A DNA stretch of 64,000 bases from positions 23,452 to 87,451 of the forward strand of contig JAJFVK010000006.1 of the NCBI GenBank assembly GCA_021371795.1, read 5' to 3'. The DNA is from Planctomycetaceae bacterium (lineage in GTDB: Bacteria > Planctomycetota > Phycisphaerae > Sedimentisphaerales > UBA12454). How positions within the stretch are numbered: position 1 is the stretch's first letter; the number at the start of each line of letters is the position of its first letter. The position numbers and the translations under genes are program-made. Of the stretch, positions 27,803-35,333 are shown piece by piece. The notes beneath the pieces were generated by a model that was given only the letters and a program-made list of their open reading frames with translations, was not told the origin of the DNA and ran no database searches.

Positions 27803-27933
27803 GCCGAACAGGAACTGAAGAACCGAGAGGAATGGCTGGAAGCTAATGAGAAGAAATGAAAAAATAAGTTTTTAAATTTTATAAAGAAATAACATAAAAA
27901 TGAATTAGAAATTTAAAAGTTGAAAGGGGAAAA

Positions 27934-28488
27934 ATGGAAAAGAAAAGAACAGTATCATTGTTTAGTATAGGGCTTGCCGCGGCCGCTGTGATAATAGTTG
28001 TTACGACTTTGTCGCTGCTTCCGATACGGTCGGTGCAGGCAAAAGAGCCTAATACTCCGGCAATGTCAAAACCGATGAGCGGATGCACAATGGGAGATAT
28101 GAACAAGTGCATGGCTGATTGCATGAAAAAATGCCAGGCCAATATGGAAAACGTGTCCGCTGCAAAGACATCCATCATGGCTGCCATTGAGGCTATTGAC
28201 AAAGGTGATACAAAGACAGCCAAAATTGAAATGGAAAAAGCTGACAAGCTTCTGGCAAATGTGCACAAGTGCATGAAAGAAAATATGCAGCAAATGCCTT
28301 GTTGCAATGTCAAATGTCCGATTATGGGAGAGCCAATCAATGCCATGAAATGCCCGAAGGAACTTACTCGAATGTACAAAGGCGAGAAAGTCGGTTTCTG
28401 CTGTGCAGGGTGTCCGGAAAAATGGGACAAATTGACAGACACGGAAAAAGATGCCAAACTCAAAGACGCTATGCCTTCAATGAAATAA
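27934..28488 (+). CDS. Membrane-anchored or secreted Met/Cys-rich protein with a YHS/TRASH-like C-terminal metal-binding module
   Basis: N-terminal hydrophobic segment. MSGCTMGDMNKCMADCMKKCQ. C-terminus CPIMGEPI...YKGEKVGFCCAGCPEKWDKL resembles the YHS pattern (CGM...Y.G..YYFCS..C...F). Confidence 0.55.
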   Translation: MEKKRTVSLFSIGLAAAAVIIVVTTLSLLPIRSVQAKEPNTPAMSKPMSGCTMGDMNKCMADCMKKCQANMENVSAAKTSIMAAIEAIDKGDTKTAKIEMEKADKLLANVHKCMKENMQQMPCCNVKCPIMGEPINAMKCPKELTRMYKGEKVGFCCAGCPEKWDKLTDTEKDAKLKDAMPSMK

Positions 28489-28582
28489 GGCAATTTAGCG
28501 GGTATGAAATATATTTTACATAAGATGAAGTATTGTATGACTTTGTTTTTAATGTAATTTAATTTAAGTAAAGGAATGCAAA

Positions 28583-29365
28583 ATGAAAAAAATAATTACA
28601 AGTATGTTTGTACTGACACTGGTGCTGGCGGTTGTCTCCAACGGAACAGACAGTCCTAAAGGCGGCAGTGTAGTCAAAGGCGAAGGATTTAAAATAGATG
28701 TCCCAACCTTTGATGTGAAGGTCAAACAGGGTGAAACCCAAACCATTAACATCAAACTGCAGAGAGGTGAATCTTTCAAGCAGGACGTGAAACTGCAAAT
28801 CGAAGCAGCCGAGGGTATCAGTATTGACCCTGCCCAAGTTACCGTTAAATCCGGTGACAGTCCGGAAGTACAACTCACGATTACGGTGCCTAAGGATGCT
28901 GCTTTCGGTGCGTATAAGGTTGCTGTGACAGGAACTCCGACAACCGGCGAACCGACATTAGTGGAATTCAAAGTGAAAGTTGTAACTGCAGATGCCGGCT
29001 ACACCATGCAGTCAGACAGCGATAAAGGTGGCAATGTTGCCAAAGGCGAAGGATTTAAGATTGCTGCCCCAACCTTCGACACAAAGATAAAACAGGGTGA
29101 AACCCAAAGTGTTGTCATCTCTCTGGAGAGGGGCGAGTCTTTCAAGCAGGACGTGAAGCTGGAAATAAAATTAGCCAATGGCAAAGGCCTCACTTTTAAA
29201 CCGGCCGAAGTTCTCGTTAAAGTCAGTGATAAATCTGATGTGCAAATCATGATTACAGCACCCGAGAGCGCCAGTATCGGTGAGTACATTGTCTCTGTGA
29301 CGGGAACACCGACAACCGGCGAGCCGACATCGACGGAATTCAACGTCAAGGTTATGGCTCCGTAG
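28583..29365 (+). CDS. Secreted protein made of two tandem copies of a roughly 122-aa beta-sandwich-like module
   Basis: Signal peptide. Repeat 1 is GGSVVKGEGFKIDVPTFDVKVKQGETQ...VTGTPTTGEPTLVEFKVKV. Repeat 2 is GGNVAKGEGFKIAAPTFDTKIKQGETQ...VTGTPTTGEPTSTEFNVKV. Period 366 nt (28658 vs 29024). Confidence 0.7.
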   Translation: MKKIITSMFVLTLVLAVVSNGTDSPKGGSVVKGEGFKIDVPTFDVKVKQGETQTINIKLQRGESFKQDVKLQIEAAEGISIDPAQVTVKSGDSPEVQLTITVPKDAAFGAYKVAVTGTPTTGEPTLVEFKVKVVTADAGYTMQSDSDKGGNVAKGEGFKIAAPTFDTKIKQGETQSVVISLERGESFKQDVKLEIKLANGKGLTFKPAEVLVKVSDKSDVQIMITAPESASIGEYIVSVTGTPTTGEPTSTEFNVKVMAP

Positions 29366-29384
29366 ATTTAAAATAAAGTTATCA

Positions 29385-29419
29385 GGGGAAAGTGCCTCAT
29401 TGGAAGCACTTTCCTTTTA
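29385..29419 (+). terminator. Rho-independent terminator
   Basis: GGAAAGTGC-ctcattggaa-GCACTTTCC followed by TTTT. Confidence 0.7.
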
Positions 29420-29573
29420 CTGGTTTAAATAATGAGCCCCGGGGCTTGGTGAAATTGGATTATGGAAATGGTTGTTGACAGGCGTTATCTGCCGGAAATC
29501 GGAAGCACTGTTGCGTTGCAATCAGATGCGCGACAGGTGTTTTTTCTGTTAAGAAAATTTAAGGGAGTTTTTT

Positions 29574-29738
29574 ATGGGATTGATATTACTTATTATTGTT
29601 GTTTTGCTTCTTTTCGGCGGGCTGCCTCGATGGAATTACAGCCGCAATTGGGGGTACGCACCAACAGGCGGCTTGGGGCTGGTACTGATTGTTCTGCTGA
29701 TATTAGTACTGCTGGGATATATTCCTCGCGGCTTCTAA
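29574..29738 (+). CDS. DUF3309-family small membrane protein (54 aa, below the ORF-track cutoff)
   Basis: My own translation: MGLILLIIVVLLLFGGLPRWNYSRNWGYAPTGGLGLVLIVLLILVLLGYIPRGF. AAGGGAG RBS upstream. The listed ORF 29462-29746 is in another frame and looks spurious. Confidence 0.65.
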   Translation: MGLILLIIVVLLLFGGLPRWNYSRNWGYAPTGGLGLVLIVLLILVLLGYIPRGF

Positions 29739-29918
29739 GCAAATAGTAAACGTTGGAAGCGATTTAGAAGAAAGTACTGTCTTCGGTGCGAAATTTAAAA
29801 GACCAGTTAATAATTGTTATCATTAAAGAGAAGGATGTGTAATATGAAAAGGGTACTTGTGGTTTTTTTTCTATCTTAATGGCTGGCGGTTGCTGCGGCA
29901 AGGCGAGGAATTTGAAAG

Positions 29919-31469
29919 ATGAATGATAAATTGAAAATTCTGCTTATAAATCCTGAAATTCCAAATACGTTCTGGAGTTTGAAAAACGCGTTAAAGTTTG
30001 TTTCCAGAAAGGCGCTTCTTCCGCCTCTTGGGCTGCTCACGGTTGCTGCGATGCTGCCGGAATCTTTCGAGAAAAAACTTGTTGATATGAATGTTTCTGC
30101 ATTGCGTGATTCTGATATCAAATGGGCAGATTATGTTTTCATCTCTGCTATGTTTATTCAAAAAAACTCTGCCGGAATAGTGGTAGAAAGATGTAATAAA
30201 CTCAAAGTCAAGGTTGTTGCCGGCGGTCCGTTGTTCACATCGTTTCCTGAACTGATTCCAAATGTTGACTATTTAGTTCTTAATGAAGCGGAAATTACGC
30301 TGCCTGATTTTCTCGAAGACCTTGCGAATAACTGTGTAAAACCGATTTATACAACAGTTCGGAAAACTGATATGCAAAATAGTCCGGCTCCGCTGTGGAA
30401 TCTTGTTGATATGGAAAAATATGGAATGATGGGGCTGCAATATTCCCGTGGCTGTCCGTTCAATTGTGATTTTTGCGATGTTACAAATCTTCTTGGCCGT
30501 AAAGTGCGAACGAAAACAACTCGTCAAATAATAGATGAACTTGAAAATCTTTATGTCCATAAATGGCGAGGCGAAGTTTTTTTTGTTGACGACAATTTTA
30601 TAGGGAAGCGTCAGCAGATTAAAAATGAATTGCTCCCAGCGATTATTGACTGGATGGATAAGAGAAAGCGTCCATTTGCTTTTAATACGCAGGCCTCCAT
30701 CGATATGGTAGATGATGAAGAACTTATGACTTTGATGGCCGGAGCCGGGTTCGACAGCGTATTTATCGGCATCGAATCTCCAAATGATTCAAGTCTGGCT
30801 GAATGCGGAAAAACACAAAATATCGGGCGTAATCTTGTCGAGGCGATCAAAAAAATACAGCGTTTTGGGATTCAGGTGCAGGCCGGCTTTATTGTCGGTT
30901 TTGACAGCGACAAACCAAATGTGTTTGATAAATTAATAAATCTTATTCAGGACAGCGGTATTGTAACGGCAATGGTCGGACTGCTCAACGCGCCGCGCGG
31001 AACGAAACTTTATCAGAAGCTGATGAATGAAAACAGATTGTCAGACCCGCCGACTGGTGACAATATGGACTGCTCAATTAATTTCATCCCCAAGATGGAT
31101 ATTCACGAACTGCAGGGTGGCTACCTGAAAGTAATGAATACTATCTACTCGCAGAAATATTTTTGCAAACGCATCAAAACTTTTCTTAAAAACTATAATT
31201 TCAGCCATAAGACAAAATATAAATTGGGATTTCGCGACATCAGGGCGTTTTTTAGGTCAATATGGCGGATAGGTATGTTGGAAAAAGGCAAGATACATTA
31301 CTGGATGTTAATGTTATGGTCATTCAGAGACTTTCGCAGGGTACCATTGGCTGTGCGGTACTCTATATTTGGATTTCACTTTCGTAAAATGTTAAAAAAC
31401 ATTCACCCTCAAGTAAACGAAATTGCTGACAAATCAATGAATAAATACAATACGTCTATCCATATATAG
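29919..31469 (+). CDS. B12-binding-domain radical SAM protein (class B, DUF4070-type C-terminus)
   Basis: N-terminal cobalamin-binding-like fold (KILLINPE...PPLGLLTVAAML). Radical SAM cluster motif CPFNCDFC. Long helical C-terminal extension. Confidence 0.8.
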   Translation: MNDKLKILLINPEIPNTFWSLKNALKFVSRKALLPPLGLLTVAAMLPESFEKKLVDMNVSALRDSDIKWADYVFISAMFIQKNSAGIVVERCNKLKVKVVAGGPLFTSFPELIPNVDYLVLNEAEITLPDFLEDLANNCVKPIYTTVRKTDMQNSPAPLWNLVDMEKYGMMGLQYSRGCPFNCDFCDVTNLLGRKVRTKTTRQIIDELENLYVHKWRGEVFFVDDNFIGKRQQIKNELLPAIIDWMDKRKRPFAFNTQASIDMVDDEELMTLMAGAGFDSVFIGIESPNDSSLAECGKTQNIGRNLVEAIKKIQRFGIQVQAGFIVGFDSDKPNVFDKLINLIQDSGIVTAMVGLLNAPRGTKLYQKLMNENRLSDPPTGDNMDCSINFIPKMDIHELQGGYLKVMNTIYSQKYFCKRIKTFLKNYNFSHKTKYKLGFRDIRAFFRSIWRIGMLEKGKIHYWMLMLWSFRDFRRVPLAVRYSIFGFHFRKMLKNIHPQVNEIADKSMNKYNTSIHI

Positions 31470-31667
31470 ATATTTTTATCGTAAGAGATGTTTGAGTGTC
31501 TCTTAAAATAACAAAGCACTAAGGAGTATCGGATAGTGAAGAAAGCTAAAACTATCTTTATAATTATAAGGACTCTATAAATTATTCGTGCGTTACTCCG
31601 CGGTTATAGCGAAGCGGGCTAATAAGTTGCAAACCTTACGACGCGCGAGCAATAATACCAATTGATA

Positions 31668-33188
31668 TTATTCGTTGTCTGTTCTGAAGGGCGATGCCGG
31701 CAAATTCTGCTTATTATAAAGATTGCATTCTGTCCAGCCTGTCCAGCCGTAGCGAACAGCAGCAGGTTGTTTAATTTGTTCCGACCATACCAAAACGCTG
31801 TCTTTATAGATTTTCGCGTTTGCGGGCACAAATTTCTTATCTTCCCCGGCAATTACAAAGCCTTTAACCATTTTTGCTTTCGGAGCCGGTTTCAGACCTC
31901 CTTTGGCGTACTCGAAGCTGATGCGAATTTTATCGCCTTCGATTTGCATACCTTTATACAAGGGGCCTGAACAGACCATATTTTTACAGCCGTAATTTTT
32001 CGCCATCGCCCAACGTGCAAGCCTTTTGCTTACTGCCTGTTTATTTTTCGGATGGATATCGTTTGCTTCGCCGATGTCGATTGCAACTGCCATTCCCGTA
32101 TTCGGCAGCGCAAGTGTCATTGTTTGAGCCTCGCGCAGCATCGGCCAGTCGGCGTCTCCGGTTTTGGCATATCCTGCCAGTTGAACGAAATAGAATGGAA
32201 AATCGCTCTGGTGCCAGTTTGTTCGCCAATCTGTAATCATAGCCGGAAACAGTGTTCTGTATCCGATAGCGTTATCAGCGTTGGATTCGCCCTGATACCA
32301 AATCGCGCCTGTAATTGCGAACGGAATCAACGGATGAATCATCGCGTTATATAAATTTCCGCATTTACAATGTTCTCGCAATGAAGTTGGCGGGTTTGGT
32401 TTTCTCCTTGCAGGTTTTCCTGCTGCAATCGCTTTCATTACTTCGTTTTTCCAGTCTTTAAGAACCTGTGTGTATTCTTTTTCGAGTTTGTCTTTATTGG
32501 CTTCGTTGTTCGCGTCGATTGCGAGATATTCTTTCAGCACAGCATTGCTTTCCATAGTTTTTTTACTTGTCCACGCTTGTGCCGGTGTTCCGCCGAAAGA
32601 TGAATCGATTAGGCCGATTGGTTTGTGTGTTTTGCTGTATAATTCTTTGCCGAAGAAATATCCGACTGCGCTGAATTGCGCCGCTGTTTCAGGATTACAT
32701 TCCACCCATTCGCCGAAGCAGTCTTCCTGCGGTTCTTTGGCCGCGGTCTTCTTGACGGTGAAAAATCTGATTTTCGGGTATTTTGCTTTTTTTAGTTCTT
32801 TAGCTGGATTTTTTATTCCATTGACTCTGAATGCCATATTGGATTGGCCGCTGCAAAGCCAGACCTGTCCGACCAGAACGTTGGTGATGGTTCGAATTTC
32901 TTTGCCGCAGGTGATTGTTATAGTGCCTTTTTTGCTGTTCTTTGGCGTTTTTATGCCAGCCGTCCATTTGCCTTGTTCATTGCTTTTCACGGTGATGACA
33001 GTTTTTTTATCCCACGAGCAGGCGATTGAGATTTGACTGTTTGCCGCTGCTTTGCCCCATATTGGCGCATTGACATCGGCCTGCAAAACCATATTGTCGG
33101 AAACAATTGCCGGCAGCCAAATGGTTCCGAAAGAGATTGAAGAAACCAAAGTTATAACGAATAAGCAAAAAATCTTTTTCATAATCAA
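31668..33188 (-). CDS. Sialate O-acetylesterase-family (SGNH/DUF303) carbohydrate esterase
   Basis: Signal peptide. GQVWLCSGQSNMAF nucleophile motif. WYQGESN motif. Confidence 0.8.
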   Translation of the reverse strand: MIMKKIFCLFVITLVSSISFGTIWLPAIVSDNMVLQADVNAPIWGKAAANSQISIACSWDKKTVITVKSNEQGKWTAGIKTPKNSKKGTITITCGKEIRTITNVLVGQVWLCSGQSNMAFRVNGIKNPAKELKKAKYPKIRFFTVKKTAAKEPQEDCFGEWVECNPETAAQFSAVGYFFGKELYSKTHKPIGLIDSSFGGTPAQAWTSKKTMESNAVLKEYLAIDANNEANKDKLEKEYTQVLKDWKNEVMKAIAAGKPARRKPNPPTSLREHCKCGNLYNAMIHPLIPFAITGAIWYQGESNADNAIGYRTLFPAMITDWRTNWHQSDFPFYFVQLAGYAKTGDADWPMLREAQTMTLALPNTGMAVAIDIGEANDIHPKNKQAVSKRLARWAMAKNYGCKNMVCSGPLYKGMQIEGDKIRISFEYAKGGLKPAPKAKMVKGFVIAGEDKKFVPANAKIYKDSVLVWSEQIKQPAAVRYGWTGWTECNLYNKQNLPASPFRTDNE

Positions 33189-33350
33189 AAATCCTTTTTT
33201 TTATATTATATTGTGTTTTATGAGCCATTCCAATTCACGGCTATTCATTTATGTTTATATTACCATAACGCAATATCTAATGATAATCAAGATAAACTAC
33301 TTTGAATTGTCGCTAATTATGATGACATGGCAGATGTAAAAGGCAACTGC

Positions 33351-33590
33351 TTATAATCGTTTTTTTGCAAAGGCACGGCCGGATTGGCTCTTTAAATATT
33401 TCTCGAATTTAATTGCTTTGTCATTGTCAGTAAAGGCGATTGCTGTTTTTATCTTCCAAGGCGTCGTTATGGCCTGCCGAGTCGTAGTTCGGAGCAATTA
33501 TCAAAGTACTACACTAATTGAAACTGTTGGATTTGTTTCCACAATTCACCTCGTATATAATCTTTTACCACAAGGACTTACAAGATTTGT
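33351..33590 (-). pseudogene. Decayed GIY-YIG nuclease gene
   Basis: Minus-strand translation gives the C-terminus TPWKIKTAIAFTDNDKAIKFEKYLKSQSGRAFAKKRL-stop. This is typical of small GIY-YIG proteins (RPWKL...A...EKYLKSG.GR.FLKK). The upstream parts (...YFDNCSELRLGR / SAGHND...) are in other frames and interrupted by stops. Confidence 0.45.
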
Positions 33591-33719
33591 CCCCGCAGCG
33601 AAAAACGATTATTGCCCTACCTTAAAGATGTTTATCGTTTTTCTATTTTGATTATCGGCCTATTGAGAGGCTTGCTTGACGTGAAATATGCTTGCGGATA
33701 TTTGGGGGAAGGAAGCTTT

Positions 33720-34007
33720 TTAGTGGTGAACTGAACGACAACCGCTCAAGGCTTTAAGCATTTTAAAATTGCCACTAACAAGGGCATTTTTCTTTTTGTG
33801 CGACCAATGTTTAATTTGAGATTCGCGTTTTATTGCTTCATTTTCGGATTGGAACGATTCTTCATAAACAAGTTTTACAGGAAGTCTACATGCTGTCCAT
33901 TTTGCACCTTGGCCGGTATTATGTCTTTTTATGCGTTCTTGAATATTATTGGTATGTCCAACGTAGTAACTTTCATCGGAACATTTTAGGATGTACATAT
34001 ACCACAT
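33720..34007 (-). CDS. GIY-YIG nuclease family protein
   Basis: MWYMYILKCSDESYYVGHTNNIQERIKRHNTGQGAKWT...AIKRESQIKHWS. Confidence 0.8.
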   Translation of the reverse strand: MWYMYILKCSDESYYVGHTNNIQERIKRHNTGQGAKWTACRLPVKLVYEESFQSENEAIKRESQIKHWSHKKKNALVSGNFKMLKALSGCRSVHH

Positions 34008-34089
34008 CGTTAGATCCTTTATGGATTTATTTATAAGCCCTTCGACTCACTGCGTTCGCTCAGGACACTCGACGCATTTTGCTATTAAT

Positions 34090-34167
34090 GAGCAAGTATA
34101 AATAATAGTCGAATGGCCTGCCATGAGCAGGTATAAATAATAGTCGAATGGCCTGCCACGAGCAAGT
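34090..34167. repeat. Tandem 35-bp repeat (2 full units plus 8 bp) next to the tmRNA 3' end
   Basis: GAGCAAGTATAAATAATAGTCGAATGGCCTGCCAT / GAGCAGGTATAAATAATAGTCGAATGGCCTGCCAC / GAGCAAGT. Confidence 0.85.
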
Positions 34168-34194
34168 CCTTCGTGTTACGAAGGACGCGTCGAG

Positions 34195-34546
34195 TGGAGG
34201 CGGCGGGATTCGAACCCGCGTCCCGAAATGTTTCAAAACAGGCATCTACATGTTTAGTCGATCAATTTGAGTTGTCGCCTTACTGCCCGCCGATCAACAG
34301 GCTTTCAGTTCGGCCAGTTTGTTGTTTTTTAACTTCGTCAGGACAAACGGCCTTTCAAAGCGATCCCATATTTTGACGCCCTTGCGAAACTGACGGGAGC
34401 AATCCCGCAGGACGGGTGCCTGTTTAGGCAGCCATTCTTAATTGGTAGTTGCCAATTAAATTTGTGTCGGATGATTAGCCAGGCCAACCGACGTCCTGGA
34501 CATGCAACCTGCTTATCTACCCATCCGGTCGAAGCCTTTCGCCCCC
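34195..34546 (-). ncRNA. ssrA: tmRNA (SsrA)
   Basis: 5' GGGGGCGAAAGGCTTCGAC and 3' GGGACGCGGGTTCGAATCCCGCCGCCTCCA form an acceptor stem with G3:U70. Candidate tag frame GGC AAC TAC CAA TTA AGA ATG GCT GCC TAA (GNYQLRMAA, 34424-34453). Confidence 0.9.
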
Positions 34547-34730
34547 TCGAATGAAATTTGAAATTTCAGATTTGATATTTCAAATTGAGATTTACATCAA
34601 TGTTTAATTGAATTTTAAAAGAACTGCATATAGTTGAGTACACGCAACAATAAGTGTATCAGAAATACTTATAAAAGTCCAGTATTACCTTTAATCAATA
34701 TGAAATGCCCAAATGAATTTTATAAATTCA

Positions 34731-34759
34731 TTGAATTACGATGCGCTTTCCGATATAAT
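34731..34759 (+). promoter_or_regulatory. Near-consensus sigma-70 promoter TTGAAT-N17-TATAAT
   Basis: Read directly. No protein-coding ORF follows before the terminator at 34963-34990. Confidence 0.6.
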
Positions 34760-34766
34760 ATATTAA

Positions 34767-34990
34767 GTAGGTTTCCCCTGCAGTGTACGACAGGGTGGTA
34801 GATATTTGAAGAACCGATACCCATATTTTAGGGAGTCTGAACCTGCCGGCTCGAAAACGCCCCTTAACGGGGGACTTTCGGACGCTTGAAGCTGACTTAC
34901 CACTTTAAAATACAGGGTTCTTTAAATAGCCGCTCATCGGCACAGGTGGAGGTGCCCACTATAAAAAGGTCTGTTCGCAGACCTTTTTTT
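34767..34990 (+). ncRNA. Candidate structured small RNA of about 220 nt (6S-like architecture, identity unconfirmed)
   Basis: Bounded by the promoter above and the terminator GGTCTG-ttcg-CAGACC plus T7. A 13-bp stem, AUAUUUGAAGAACC (34803-16) / GGUUCUUUAAAUA (34914-26), encloses a domain with an internal bubble and a CCCC-UUAAC-GGGG apical hairpin. Confidence 0.45.
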
Positions 34991-35333
34991 ATTTACCCAA
35001 ATTGCCATTTCTTATATTTCCAAAATTTTCTCATTTTTTTTCAAACATTCGTTGCTTTCCGGCGGTATAATATAATGTATAGAATCGGGCGATTCAAAAA
35101 AGGATGAGCTTCTTTCACCCGAAGATTCAGGGCTTTAAAAGCCCAAAGGCTTAGATACATGAAATAGGCCGGATTTTTGTAACGCTTCGTGACAAAGCTG
35201 CTCGTATCAGAATTGCCCGATTTTTTTATTATTCTCGCCTCTTGTACACTCCAATTATCGTTTCCTTGCAAAGTTCAAATTTTTAGTTACCCTATCTCTG
35301 TATAGGACACGTAAAGAGTAAAAGGAGTTTATT

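Noticed and set aside
28564-29349. Two minus-strand ORFs (135 aa and 116 aa) with similar sequences
   Set aside because: They are the antisense image of the tandem duplication in the 28583-29365 gene. Their similarity to each other comes from that duplication.
34060-34376. ORFs 34060-34245 (minus) and 34173-34376 (plus)
   Set aside because: Both overlap the tmRNA gene and its flanking repeats. They are artefacts of translating a structured RNA.
34830-34870. The UGAACCUG and ACCC strings in the candidate sRNA recalled the TPP riboswitch
   Set aside because: The CUGAGA box is absent, the ACCC-to-GAACCUG spacing is wrong (16 nt rather than 2-4), and no thiamine gene follows.
35075-35232. Long-range inverted repeat GAATCGGGCGATTC / GAATTGCCCGATT followed by a T-run, upstream of the 35334 gene; possible structured leader or second sRNA
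   Set aside because: There is one mismatch, a ~115-nt loop, no recognisable riboswitch core and no clear promoter. That is not enough to call a feature.
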